This document shows positions 11,853 to 24,587 of a stretch of 64,000 bases of DNA, in pieces. The notes below the pieces were generated by a model, which worked only from the letters and a program-made list of their open reading frames with translations, was not told the origin of the DNA and made no database searches. How positions within the stretch are numbered: the first letter of the stretch is position 1; every line of letters begins with the position of its first letter. This DNA is from Squalus acanthias (Eukaryota): positions 117,988,001 through 118,052,000 of the forward strand of contig CM059431.1 in assembly GCA_030390025.1 (NCBI GenBank), given 5' to 3'. The position numbers and the translations under genes are program-made.

Positions 11853-14307
11853 CTCTTTCTATCTCCACGGATGTCGCCTGGCCTGCTGAGTTTTTCCAGC
11901 GTTTTCTGTTGTTATTTCGGATTTCCAGCATCCGCAGTATTTTGCTATTGTAATATATCCAAGTTTGCTGATGATACAAAGCTAGGTGGGAATGTAAGTT
12001 GTGAGGAGGATGCAAAGAGGCCTCAAGGGGATTTAGACAGGCTAAGTGAGTGGGCAAGAAAATAGCAAATGGAATATAATGTGGAGAAATGTGAAGTTAT
12101 CCACTTTGGTAGGAACAATAGAAAAGCAGAGTATTTTTAAAATGGTGAGAGATTGGGGAATGTTGGTGTTCAGAGGGACCTGGGTGTCCTTGTACGCAAA
12201 TCACTGAAAGTTAACATGCAGGTACAGCAAGCAATTAGGAAAGCAAATGGTATGTTGGCCTTTAATACAAGAGGATTTGAGTATAAGAGTAAAGACGTCT
12301 TACTGCAATTATATAGGGCCCTGGTGAGACCACACCTGGAGTATTGTGTACAGTTTTGATCTCCTTACCTAAGGAAAGATATACTTGTCATAGAGGGAGT
12401 GCAACGAAGGTTCACCAGACTGATTCTTGGGATGCGGGGATTGGCGCACGAGGAGAAATTGAGTAGACTCGGCCTATATTCGCTAGAGTTTAGAAGATTG
12501 GGAGGGGATCTCATTAAAAAATACAAAATTCTTACAGGACTTGACAGGGTAGATGCAGGGAGAATGTTTCCCCTGGCTGAGGAGTCTAGAATGAGGGGTC
12601 ACAGTCTCAGAATAAGGGACGGCCAATTAGGACTGAGATGCGGAGAAATGTTTTCACTCAGAGGGTGGTGAATCTTTGGAATTCTTTACCCCAGTGGGCT
12701 GTGGAGTCTCAGTCGTTGAGTATATTTAAGACAGAGAGCGATAGATGTTTGGATATTAAGGGAATCAAGTGATATGGGGATAGTGGAGGAAAGTGGAGTT
12801 GAGGTAGAAGATCAGCCATGATCTTATTGAATGGCAGAGCAGGCTCGAGGGGCCGAATGACCTACTCCTGCTCCTATTTCTTATGTTCTTATGCTCTAAG
12901 CAAAATGCCTGGTAAGTAATTCTGGCCATCCTACTTTTATATCTTTAGATGATGCTCCTCCCCATCATGGTCCAGAATTGTGAAACTTGATTATGCATTC
13001 ATGTTGCTGTGTGAACTGAAACAGTTGAGATTCCTCCACTGTGTCCTGTTGTGACCCTTGCTGGACCTCTTGAAACTCTCACCTTTGCCTTATTACCACC
13101 TTTGTGGCTGACATCCTGAATATGATGTGTGCTCATCAATAAAATGTGCACTGGAAGGCAAGTATGAGCAAATTAACAAGTCAACAAAATGCTAATACCA
13201 GGTCTTTGCATTAATGTTTGGCATCCCGGGATACTTGGGGAGGGATTTTAGGACTGTTGCCAAAAGTTAGTGAGCACTCCTTTACTGCTAACTTGCAAAG
13301 TTACGAGACATTGAAACACATTTAGCATGTGTATTACCTCTACCCCACAGAGGAATTTCACACTCAATCACTTACGATGGTGTAAGCTGGTATTAGCTTT
13401 CGCCTTCATTACACATCTTTCATACCACCTTTCCATCGTAATTTTTCCATGATTTCTTTCTCAATGCACGTGACAAATGAGATTTTGTTTCATATTACAG
13501 TGGGTCAATGTGCGCTGACACAATGATGAGCACTGACACATCCCACCAAATGCTTCCATCAGCATTTGTAATTTATTAAAAGAAAATTGCTATTCAGTGG
13601 TGACATACACTCCAGACACTGAGCCACAAAAAGTGCTGTAAACAACGTGGAATCACCAGCCAGTCACAGATACAGTAACGTGAAAGGAGGCCAATTATAA
13701 TTAAAGATATTTTGAAAATTAATTTCCATAGCAATTAATTTTTAAATGTTGCTAAAGGGGAAGTAATAACATCCACTACAAGCACAATGACTCTATATCT
13801 TTCAAAATTGTTCAATACAGTTAATATCTGAAGTTGTCATCAGTATAATTTACCATTAAAAAAATGCAATTTACTTATTAATTTTAAGATGAGCAAGAAA
13901 ATCGCAAAAATTTGTGGAAAAGAAGCATATGAGAAAATGCACTACAATATATTCGATCCTGATGGCATATTAGTCTGCAAATGACGGCTGGCATTACTTC
14001 GTTATTTGAGGGTTATGAGCAGTAATATCAGGAGTGCAGAGCAGTGCACATTTCCTGATCAGTTATTGCATGCTGTTCAGTGTCAGTGAACACTTACATT
14101 AGGCTAGTTTAGATTATTATTTCCAGCAAATTAAACCACATTGCAACACTAATGCATGAAATGCTTTTCAACTGGCCATATCAATTGCATGTTGCAGCAG
14201 AGGTAGAATCCTACTTGTTGGCAGCAACAGTTGAGCCTGCATAGCAGACCTTCAATTGAGCTTCCTCTTTTTGCTTGTTTGCAAAGTGAGAAATCAAATC
14301 TATTAAA

Positions 14308-14768
14308 AGAAAGAAAGACTTGCATTTATTTAGCGCCTTTCACGACCACCGGACGTCTCAAAGCGCTTTACAGCCAATTAAGTACTTTTTGAAGTGTAGT
14401 CACTGTTGTAATGTTGGAAACGTGGCAGCTAATTTGTGCATAGCAAGCTCCCACAAACAGCAATGTGATAATGACATTTAGTGATGTTGATTGAGGGATA
14501 AATATTGGCCAGGACACCAGGGAGAACTCCCCTGCTCTTCTTCAAAATAGTGCCATGGGATCTTTTGCGTCCACCTGAGAGAGCAGACGGGGCCTCGTAT
14601 TAACGTCTCATCTGAAAGACAGCATCTCCAACAGTGTAGCACTCCCTCAGTACTGCACTGGACTGTCAGCCTAGATTTTTGTGCTCAAGTCTCTGGAGTG
14701 GGAACCTGAATCTACTGAACCTTCTGACTCAGAGGTGAGGGTGCTACCAACTGAGCAAGGGCTGACAC
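14308..14768 (-). mobile_element. tRNA-derived Deu-domain SINE (SacSINE1/DeuSINE-like), full length
   Basis: Minus strand: tRNA-like head (TGCTCAGTTGGTAGCAC A-box, degenerate B-box), central AAAAGATCCCATGGCACTATT...GAAGAGCAGGGGAGTT...GGTGTCCTGGCCAA block, 3' AAAGCGCTTTG...AGGCGCTA-AATAAATGCAAG and a (TCTT)n tail. Family name recalled from knowledge, not from a search. Confidence 0.85.
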
Positions 14769-15869
14769 ATTACTTCTCCCAAGTGATTCCATATTGGAAG
14801 GAGGAAGTGTGGTGGCTAGCCACAGGGATTCCATGGTAGCCTGCCAGGTCTTTGGTACCACTTGACCTTCCAGTGGTGTAATAGCCTACATCTGTGTCGG
14901 CTATGTTCAGTGCTGCTCTAACTGGCTGGTGCTGCTTGCTTTCTGGCACGTCTGTCACTGGAATGCTTGCTGAGATGAATATGGCGTTATTACTGCATGT
15001 ATGCCCCTGCTGCTGAGCACTCCCTTGGTAATTCCACTGATTTGTTTAACAGCCGAATTTTGGGCAGTTACGAGATCTATGAATTCCTGCCTCATCATTG
15101 TCTCTATTCAGTCTCCAAGCATGTTGAAACCAGCCCAGAGAGCACATTTAGGATTGGAGCCCAACGTCTTTATAGCAGCAGTGTGAGCATTCGTGACAGA
15201 TGCTCCCACTGTGCCTATGACCTGTGCCACTGAGAGCTCTGCTGCAGATTTGCAGAGATTGCCCTGTACTCCATGCAGTGCAGAAAACAAGCAACAGTTC
15301 ACCCATGACTGCACAGATCCAGTACCAGACCCCTACCTTTCCCTTGTCAGACCTTCCAGTTTGGTTTGTATTGGCACAAGTAACCCTTGTAGATGATCCT
15401 GTTCAGATAATAAACTCCATTTATATGCAGGCGATGCAAGGTCTGAACTAATAGCTGTTGCAGCAGAGATCAGAACTGTCCTGGACCTATGGACAAGGGA
15501 TGCTTCTCCATCAGCGGCCACCATTATTTGCTTGTCCAAATCCATGCACTGTGGCTCATCTTGAGCTGTTTCCTCCACCTGACTGTCTACATCCTTCAAG
15601 GTTTGTGTAGCTGTGCTGGTGCTTGGCAGATATAGTGATAGTAGAGCAAGGTGCTGTAATATTCTGGTATGTCTGGGGGCATTAACCAGGAGTCTGGTCC
15701 TCCATTCCCCCAAAAACGAACAGAACAAAATATCAAAATGCAGCTTGAAGTAATAAAAAAGAAAGATTTGCATTTATATAGCGCCTTTCACGACCTCAGG
15801 ATATCCCAAAGCGCTTCACAGCTGATGAAGTACTGCTGAAGAGCAGTCATGGTTGTAACAAAAATTCAA

Positions 15870-16435
15870 ACAAAGCACTGGGATTCATTTCTAGAGGAAT
15901 AGAATTAATAAACAGGGAAGCTACGTTAGGCTTATATAGAACCTTGGTTAGACCACAATTAGAGAAGTGTGAACAGTTCTGGTCTCCATATTACAAAAAG
16001 GATATAGAGGCACTGGAGAAGGTGCAAAGAAGATTTATAAGGATGATACCAGAACTGAGAGGCTATAACCATCAGGCAAGGCTGAACAGGCTGGGGCTCT
16101 ATTCTCTCGAAAAGAGAAGGCTGAGGGGTGACCTAATAGAGATCCTTAAAATATTTGAAGGGGTTTGATAGAGTAGATGCAGAGAAAATGTTTTCACTTG
16201 TGGGGGAGTCCAAAACTAGGGGTCATAAATATGAGATCATCCTTAATAAATCCAATAAAGCATTCAGGAGAAACTTCTTTACACAGAATGTGCCTTTAAG
16301 GTGAAGCTAAATAATTGCATGAGGAAGAAAGGAATAGAATAGGTTTAGATGAAGTAGGGTGGGAGGAGGCTCATGTGGAGCATAAACACCGGCATGGATC
16401 AGTTGAGCCAAATAACCTGATCTGTGCTGTAAATG
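15870..16435 (+). mobile_element. CR1 LINE 3' fragment, preceded by a SINE tail fragment at ~15757-15860
   Basis: LYRTLVRPQLEKCEQFWSPYYKKDIEALEKVQRRF...LEKRRLRGDLIE. Confidence 0.85.
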
Positions 16436-17295
16436 TAATATAGAAGCATCTTCAAGCACTACTCCATTTGCATATTGTTTTATGCAATATTATTCAAGTT
16501 CACTGTGTGCCTGTATGAAAGTCACTCCGGACGTTACATTATGATACTAGTCGTAAGCTGCAGGCAAGATGCAGTTTCAATGCCCTCCACTTCCTCGAAT
16601 GCTCTCCAGCCAATGATGTCAAGGGTGGCCTTCGCCAAACAGGTCAGGGGGATTTGGAATTATAGCCCACTTGTCTTGCAGAGATACTGAAAATACACAG
16701 CGCAGCGACATTATTGTACAGCTGCAGTGCTTCAGGAACATTCTACATGCTACGAATGGAAGATATAAATTTCTTGTGTGACGATCCTTTAAGAATTAGT
16801 CATGTACACAGGTAGCTAGAAGCACTTCTTAATTGTAAGTATAACATACATACCAAGGACAGACAGGTGAGCAGTTAAAACTGGGAAAAATGACAGTGCG
16901 TCGGGAACCCGGCTCCAACCCGCCGCCTTCTGCATTTAAATTGAGTGTGTAAGGCGCCATGCCCTCAACCCCCTCAGAAGAGGCGGGTTGCCAATTAACA
17001 TATGTTAACCGCTCAATTAGAGCAATATTAACACACACTTTTTGTCTTTAGTGTCAGGTCCACGGGTTTCCTGGGCTTCTTGAAACTTGCCAGTGAAAGC
17101 AAGGTGAGAGCACAGCAGCAATTGAGGGGGTCAATCGATCTCAGGGCAATATGCCAAGAAATACTCAGTACTCACAGCTGCTTTCTTATCTGCTAGTGGG
17201 AAAGGGTTTGTTCACAGTACTTTTGCTGAGAGGTTACTTTCTACATTTTGGAGGTTACTTTCTGTCCTCAGGTGGTTTTCTGAATCACATCAGGA

Positions 17296-18495
17296 TGGGT
17301 GCCACTTATGCTGCCTTAGATTGGACCTCAGATGAGGACCAAAATGACCAGCAACAGTCCCCGCAGCAGCCTGCTGCTCACAGACCTGTAGCTCCACAGG
17401 AGAGAGGGGAGCAGCAGAGAGGGGAGCAGCAGAGAGGTGCAGTTTGCAGGAGGCAATACCCACGAAACAGGGTCTACAGGCAAAGGCTGAGTTTCTTTGA
17501 TATGTCTGAACACCAGTATCTCAGGAGGCTCAGGTTGTCGTGTCAGGTGGTGGCAGACATCTGCAGCCACCTAGAAGAAGATCTGCTCCATGCTGGTCCT
17601 GGTGGCCACGCGTCACCAGTGGCTCTCAAAGTCACCACCGCCCTAAACCTTTTTGCCTCATGATCCTTCCAGGGCTCTGCCGCAGACATATCCAGGATCT
17701 CCCAGTCGGTCACCCACAAATGCATGAGACAAGTGACTGATGGCTTGTTTTCCAGGGCCAGCAATTATGTCAACTTTGCCAGCAATGATGCCAGTCAGAA
17801 TGAGCGGGTGCTCAGCTTTGCTGTTCACATTCCCACAGGTGTAGGGCGCCATCGACTGCACACACGTGACAATCCGGGCACCCCCCAGAACAACCAGGAT
17901 TGTTCGCCAACCTCAAGGGCTTCCAATCCATCAATGTGCAGCTGGTGAGCAACCACAAAAAGATGATGATGCAGGCGTGCAAAAGATTTCCGGCCAGCTG
18001 CCATGATGCTTTCATCTTGTGGCAGTCCAAGCTCCCTGATCTCTTCGGACCTGGAAGCAGACTTAAGAAGTGGCTGCCAGGCGACAAGGGATATCCACTT
18101 CAAACTTGGCTCATGACACCCATCAGAAATCCAACCACTGAAGCCCAACAGCGCTACAATGAATGCCATATGACCACCAAATGTGTGATTAAACTGGCCA
18201 TCAGCATGCTGAAGATGCGCTTCAGGTGTTTGAATAGATCTGGAGGCACCTTCAGTAAGCACCAGCCAGGGTCTCCAGAATGGTCGTGGTTTGCTGCGCT
18301 CTGCACAACATTGCGCAACAGCAAGGCTTGGACCTGCAGGAGGAACAAGGCAAAGAGCTCAGATCCTCCTCGGACGATTTGGAGGGGGAGGAGGTAGAAG
18401 AGGAGGGGCAATGTGAGGAGGGCAATGCATGCCCAGCTTCTCACATTGCTGCCCGGGATGCCAAGGATGTCCTTAGTAATGCAAGGTTCACTTAG
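17296..18495 (+). pseudogene. Harbinger DDE transposase (HARBI1-like), disrupted
   Basis: RVYRQRLSFFDMSEHQYLRRLRLS, PVALKVTTALNLFAS*, AIDCTHV, KGFQSINVQLV, CHDAFIL, GDKGYPLQTWLMTP, LKMRFRCL, VVCCALHNIA, acidic tail. Contains stops and frameshifts. Confidence 0.92.
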
Positions 18496-18819
18496 GCTGC
18501 ACCAATGGACTCATGTGACAAGGAAATGCAAACGCCACTCTTCCTGCTGCCCCCCATCCACAAATGCCACTGACACAAAGCAGTCTTGCAACCAACCAAC
18601 CACCCATTCAACATTCCCCATTGGTGCCCATCAATTCATGTCCTCACATTCATCATCTAATAACTTAGAAGGCCAGTTATCACCCAGCAGCCAAGAATGG
18701 ACATTATGGGAAAGTGGTGAAAAAGAGTAACATTTAAGTGATGTAAATAATGATCAGAACCTTATCAAACCAATGGTTTCTCAGACACCCATATGCATAC
18801 CCATGTGCAACTACAAAGA

Positions 18820-20329
18820 CTAACTCTTCCTTTTTCTGCTACTCCTACCTGGTGCAACCTGTGTGGCTTCAGCAGAGGTAGAAGCAGGCTGCTCAAACCC
18901 CTGCTCTGGCTGCTGAGATGCTCTTGGCCGACATCCTCTGGGTTTTGGAGCCCGTGAGGGCCCTGCCAAAGACCGCTCCACCTGCACCTGTGCAGGAGCA
19001 GACTCAGCCATCGCGAGACGAGGCAGCATGTGGGCTACTGACTGAGAGGGGGGCAGTGGGTGAGAAGTGGAAGCGCTTTGAGTGGAGTCCCCACTTCCAT
19101 GACCCTTTTAGCCTTCATCCCTCTCATGGCCCAGCCGCACTTTACTGCTACCACTGTGCTAGAGAGCAGTTTGGTGCAGATCAGTGCGGCCTGTGAGGCC
19201 AAAGCTAAGGTATCTGTCAACCTATTTAACGTGGCAGACAGGTTGGCATCCAGAGTCTATATGATGGTGTTCAAGACACACATTTGATTGGAGTGTATGG
19301 CGGTCCATGGCTCTGGCCACTCTATCCATGGTAGAAGACATTATCTCAGTGGCCTGCGACATCACTTCCTCATGATTGAGGTGGACTCCTCCAATCTCTC
19401 TGCAGTCATGGTGAGTCTACCTCGAAGGCCTGTCACTGCAACGCACATTGTCTGCTGCTGCTCAATGATTCTCCTCTTCATCGATGGCCCCCGGAGTACA
19501 GCATCTGTGTCCAGCTGAACAGAGCTTGGAGAAGGCTGCCCTCTGACGCACTCTCCACTGCTGTCTCCACCACCTGCTCTTGCTCACTTGAGAAGTGTGA
19601 GTCACCAGGTGAAAACCCAACTATCTGTCTTACTGGTCCCATCAAAGTGTGAGTATCTGAGCTGGTGCACGGTCTGAATGAGTCCTGTGACGGTGCACCC
19701 TCAGAAGGACTCAGCTCCTCTGAGGACTCGTTGCCCGCCACCTCCACCAACTCCTGCTGCATGCGTGAAGGCCCTGTGGGAGATAAAAACATGAATTAGT
19801 CAGGGCAAGGTAAGAATATTGCAAGTTATCATGATGAAGATGATCATGTTTCACTCGCTGTTGAAACCAAGTCAACATAACTGAGTGCCATATGACTTGT
19901 GGGTGGCTTTTATTTAATTGCATCACCATGTAGCTGGGAGCTCCCTGTCTCCCCATCTCCAACAGCCAGGGACGCCGTAACTCCATTGATCTCTAGTGCC
20001 TCCTCCTCTGCAGTTGGCAGCAGTGTGATCTGTGAAGGGCCCCCTCCAGTTATCGCCCTCTCCCTGGTGTTCTGTGCTCTCTTCTCCTACAAGGAGGGAA
20101 AGAAGAGACATATGAGTGAGTGCAATGGCGTGTGTTCAGCTGGTGGCACCACACTCCTGTTGCTGACCTTCACGGCAACCTCCAACCACGCCTTCTTTGT
20201 CTCAGTAGCAGGCTTCTTCCTCCTATTGCTAGGGAAGAGTATCTCCCTCCGGCTCCTCACAGCCCCCTGCAGCACATCCAGGGAGGTGTCCGTGAAGCAG
20301 GGTGCAGTCTTTGCCCATCTCGACTCCAT
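18820..20329 (-). pseudogene. Harbinger Myb/SANT-like DNA-binding protein, disrupted
   Basis: MESRWAKTAPCFTDTSLDVLQGAVRSRREILFP...KKAWLEVA; exon 2 EKRAQN...TGGGP; basic C-terminus RSSRKRKS. Confidence 0.85.
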
Positions 20330-22451
20330 TGCAACACTTCCAGTTCTCTGACAGCCAACTCCAGCTCCTTCAACTTGCATGTTTGAATTGTCCCTTTAAA
20401 TACTATAGTTGAGATCGCGTCATGCGAATCGACATCACACCCGCTGCTGCTGATTGGACGGGAAATCCGGAAGGAAAATGATAATGAGGTGGCTGAGTTA
20501 AAAAGCCACCGATAGATGCGCTTAACATATTTCCAAGTTTTCCCTATTGGTGCTATTGGACCACCTCCCGGTCCCAGCGTGTCTGCACATTAAAATCCAG
20601 CCCCATTCATAGAAAGCATTTTTTGGCTTTGTTCTATTATCCCTGTATTGCATCCGGTAACCTTCCATTACTACTTAGCATCTTCCAGCATAAAATGGTG
20701 AACATGTTAACACAGACGACTTTCTTACATGTTTATTTATGGCAGGTATTTATCATGCAGAAATGTGGCCTTACCTTATCAGATTTCTTCAAGTTTGTCA
20801 TCTTCTTCCTGACATTCTTCTGGATCCTATAGGTTCAGCAGACGCTTTCACTTTTTCTTTCACCTTTTCCCCATTCCTATTGCACTAGGTGCCTGGGGGA
20901 GGGTGGGGCTGGACAAGAGAGATAGCTATCAGTGTCTCTCCTTACAATTAGTAGGGCTTCCAGTGCCTCATTGGTGAATCTTAGTTTTCTCTGTCTGGAA
21001 GGTAGCATTGTTGAAGAAATTTGCTATATTAATAGCTGCCTTCCCCTTGTGCTATTTCAAGGGGTTAAAAGGATGCTCAATGCACTTTACAATACATTAA
21101 TTAATGTGCTCCTTCATTGAGTGTTTCACTATGTGGGCATCAAAGAGCATGTTTTAGTGCACTTACTGAAATTAGTAAAATCAGGAATGAAATAGCTTCC
21201 TTTATACTGCTCAAAAAGCTGAACTAATGTGCATTTAACCCTTGATTGGCAATCCATCAGTAATTCTCAAGCTAAAATTCTTTATGATAGTGTGCAATAT
21301 AAAGGATACAGCGCAACAGATATGGAATGTATCATTTGATGAAACACGTGGGGACAACGTTCCTTCATTTAATGCCACATGGGTGCTCGGTTCTGGGGCA
21401 CTAGACCGAGAAAATTGGATTGGAGGTCCATTACAAAGGGTCTTTGTCCCCTTTTGCGCTTGACACAGATTTCCTGGGGCAGCCCCTGGCTTAGGTGGGA
21501 AATCTCGCCTGAAACAGATAGAAGCATTTCCACTGTATAGTACTAATGACGCGGGTGTGATGGTAGAATGCCTCTCGCAACATTTTCCTGGGTTTCGACC
21601 GCGCACACGGCTAAAAAGAGATTCGTCCAGAGAAAATAGATGTTAGAGGTTGTGGCTAGCCCCTTCAAAATGGATTGGCTAAAAAAGCGGCTGCTGGTAA
21701 CCTATTCAGACCTGCAAAAGGGTAAGTTTGACCAACTGCACTTAGGCCCTGTTTCAATATAAGCATAGAAATTGCTGTTTTGGTGCTATTCCTACATAAT
21801 AACAGTGAGTACTCTTCAAAGTAATTAATTGGATTTGCAGACATCAGTTTTCCCTCCTTATTTTCTTTCTTCTTTCTTCCCTGCTGCTTTATTTGCAATC
21901 TTACTGTTTTCAGACTTCAGGCTACATCTTCGGCTCAGCAGGCCAATTGAAAAGGGAGACTACTAAGCCCTTTAATCAGCTGTGAAGTGCAATTAGGAGA
22001 TAGTTAAGGACTTGAAAGAGCACTGGAAAGCAAAGCCAGATATATGTACTCAAGAAAACTGCTGTAGAATTCAGCAATAAAAATTGAGGAAAACCCGTTC
22101 TATAGGCCAGCGACTGTAAATCTTACTGCAAGAACTCAGGTTGAAGAGACACAAACATTTTTAGGACCGATGCCGCTCTGCCCCAAGAAGCAACTTGTCC
22201 ACTAGGCGTGGCAGGAGGTAGCTGAAAGCAGGTCGCAACAGTCAGCCACCACAGTCCTGAACATGACTAATTCACATTCCGAGCCCTTGTAATACACAGC
22301 CCAAGGAGGGAGGTCCAGGGGCAGCTGAATGCCAGAAGACTGCCAGTGAAACCTTCTAGCCAGCCAGCACCTTTCTGCCTTCCGAAAGGGAATCGGTTAG
22401 AAGGACTGGTATTCTATGTTTTACAGTCTGAAAGAAACCACAAGCGGGAGA

Positions 22452-22864
22452 GCGGCAGCGTGCAATGCAAGCTTCTAACAATTGCACGTTAAATGATAGA
22501 GGAAATAAATGCACGTGATTTAAAAATTGTGTTGAGATTTCATTTGTCATTGATTACAATATAACAGTCGCCCGGCATAAGAGGGCAAGAGACGATATTT
22601 GAAGAATTAAATAATAACGTGCAGGCTGAGCTGTTTTGAGCAACATGATGTGATTTGCCCTTTGGAAATCTTGCAGCTGTGACAGTCCTTGAAAACGCAC
22701 CTAGAATTAATGCTTGGTACCCCTCTTCCTTGCTGCATTGCTAATACCATTGTTAGTTCTTCATTAGACTTTTTACTCTCTAATGGCTGTACCCTCCTGG
22801 TCCTTGAACCAATGTTGAGGCCACTTTTTCAGGGTAAATTGTAAAGCATGCAGTAGACGTGAAT
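22452..22864 (+). repeat. Copy 1 (probable source) of a ~413-bp local direct duplication
   Basis: Matches 26152-26566 with about 10 differences by eye. Confidence 0.95.
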
Positions 22865-23139
22865 GATCCTGGATACCCTAATGGGGTACTGTGCTGTTGG
22901 GTTATCCCCAATAGGCACAGACACATGAAGTGCTTATTCAGGACAACAAAGGTATGGTTGCTGATAATTCTCATTGTAGCCTGAGCTTCATTGCACATAC
23001 CGCCTGCTCCAGTCTGGGTTTCTGCATGGACATTACAAGCCATGGGTGGATATGGTAGCCTTGGTTTTTCTGGTGCTCTTTTTCCACTCTTCATTCCCCT
23101 TCAAATTAAACTGGCTTAGATGACAGCCTTAAAAGGATG

Positions 23140-23710
23140 GAATCATAGAATCATAGAAATTTACAACATAGAAGGAGGCCATTCGGCCCATCTTGTCCGT
23201 GCCAGCCGACAAAGAGCTATCCACCCTAATCCCACTTGGTCCGTAGCCTTGTAGGTTATGGCCCTTCAAGTGCATATCCAAGTACTTTTTATATGTTATG
23301 AGGGTCTCTGCCTCTACTACCCTTTCAGGCAGTGAGTTCCAGACCCCCACCACCCTCTGGGTGAAAAAATTCTCCTCAAATCCCCTCTAAACCTTCGACC
23401 AATTACTTTAAATCTATGCCCCCTGGTTATTGACCCTTCTGCTAAGGGAAATAGGTCCTTCCTATCCACTCTATCTAGGTCTCTCATAATATTATACACC
23501 TCAATTAGGTCACCCCTCAGCCTCCTCTGTTCCAAAGAAAACAACCCCAGCCTATCCAATCTTTCCTCATAGTTAAAATTCCCCAGCCCAGGCAACATCC
23601 TCGTAAATCTCCTCTGCACCCCCTCTAGTGCAATCACATCCTTCCCGTAATGTGGTGACCAGAACTGCACGCAGTATTCTAGCTGTAGCCTAACTAGTGT
23701 TTTATACAGA
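23140..23710 (-). mobile_element. CR1 LINE 3' fragment
   Basis: LYKTLVRLQLEYCVQFWSPHY...RRLRGDLIEV; tail reads gaatcatagaatcatagaa on the + strand. Confidence 0.9.
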
Positions 23711-23779
23711 ATTTTGAGAGCTTCAAGGAAAGCAGGCATGATTCTTTGCCAGTGCTCACATAAATAGGTCATTCAGCCA

Positions 23780-24140
23780 TGGCATTGTGCACTGGGGCCC
23801 AAAAGGCAATAGGGGTGTAGTCCAGTGGACTCAGGGAAAACCAGCGGTTCTACAGAATTGTATAGCCTCTCACATTCCTACTGTTGACCTGTGGCAAAAG
23901 TGATGAGGTCATGGGCCCTGTTGAATAATGCACCTGTGACATCCTTGATACAACAGTGAGCAGCAGTGACTACCACTGAGGTTGCCCCTATCATTGGGCT
24001 GGAAATTGACACATTAAAATTGCAGGAAACACCAGCTTTGACAGCCATTGGAAGTACCATGTTGATTTTACTTGTTGGGCAGAGCTTTTCCGGAAAGAGA
24101 TGACACAATTCTGCCAAATGTAAACTTCAGCCTCATAGGC
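23780..24140 (-). pseudogene. Old Harbinger transposase fragment
   Basis: AELCHL...LPMAVKA...AAHCCIKDVTGALFNRAHDLITF. Confidence 0.7.
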
Positions 24141-24157
24141 GCATTTCTATTGTTATT

Positions 24158-24587
24158 AGAACACAAGAACATAAGAAATAGGAGCAGGAGTAGGCCATTC
24201 GGCCCCTTGAACCTGCTCCGCCATTCAATAAGATCATGGCTGATCTGATCTTGGCCTCAACTCCACTTTCCCGCCCACTCCCCATTACCCTTGACTCCCC
24301 TGTAGCTCAAATATCTGTCTATCTCTGCCTTGAATATATTCAATGACTCTGCCTCATCGGCTCTCTGGGGTAGAGAATTCCAAAGATTCACGACCCTCTG
24401 AGAGAAGAAATTCCTCCTCATCTCCATTTTAAATGGGCGACCCCTTATTCTGAAGCTATGCCCCCAAGTTCTAGATTCCCCCACGAGGGGAAACATCCTC
24501 CCTGCATCCACCCTGTCAAGCCCCCTCAGAATCTTATATGTTTCAATAAGATCACCTCTCATTCTTCTAAACTCCAATGAGTATAGG
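24158..24587 (-). mobile_element. CR1 LINE 3' fragment
   Basis: GLYSLEFRRMRGDLIETYKIL...RRNFFSQRVVNLWNSLP; tail agaacacaagaacataagaa. Confidence 0.9.

Larger units (their letters stand above)
10716..11948 (+). mobile_element. Penelope-like element (5'-truncated) inserted in the CR1 RT region
   Basis: 14-bp TSD TGTAATATATCCAA at 10702-10715 and 11949-11962. Contains a GIY-YIG ORF and a 3' pseudo-LTR with a hammerhead motif. Confidence 0.93.
4440..12893 (+). mobile_element. Near full-length CR1 LINE (ORF1, ORF2, 3' tail), decayed, with at least 4 nested insertions
   Basis: ORF1 N-terminal Cys motif (CCNCSMWE...HVCSKY, 4568), LSNRYEVL and VIGDSIIRG (5521-5890), VVHVGTNDIG (~7520). ORF2 endonuclease (LYLNARSIRNK...IAITET, ~8070) and RT (VDVVYLDFHKGFDKVP; VTSGVLQGSVLGPQLF; KFADDTKL; YRALVRPHLEYCVQF). 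Tail ttcttatgttcttatg at ~12880. The 5' boundary is approximate and the element could be a composite of two CR1 subfamilies. Confidence 0.88.
16875..20604. mobile_element. PIF/Harbinger transposon (two-gene, decayed)
   Basis: Convergent DDE transposase (+) and Myb/SANT gene (-). Right TIR AAAATCCAGCCC at 20592-20603. Left TIR not recognisable, so the left end is approximate. Confidence 0.88.
14770..21000 (-). pseudogene. Very old, fragmented Harbinger Myb/SANT-like gene: exon 1 ~20775-20900, exon 2 ~16550-16690, exon 3 ~14770-15640
   Basis: Frameshift-corrected exon 1 reads ...DPEEC/RKKMTNLKKSDK|GTAAG. Exon 2 reads PLTCLAKATLDIIGWRAFEEVEGIET. Exon 3 has QPVRAALNIADTDVGYYTTGRS. Each resembles the matching exon of younger copies in this window. 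Confidence 0.45.

Noticed and set aside
14690..14768. tRNA gene
   Set aside because: It is the degenerate tRNA-derived head of a SINE, without a complete cloverleaf.
17296..18495. Host HARBI1 gene (also 40727-43697 and 56420-59214)
   Set aside because: Multiple disrupted copies inside TIR/TSD-bounded transposons with Myb/SANT partners. These are TE copies, not the domesticated gene.
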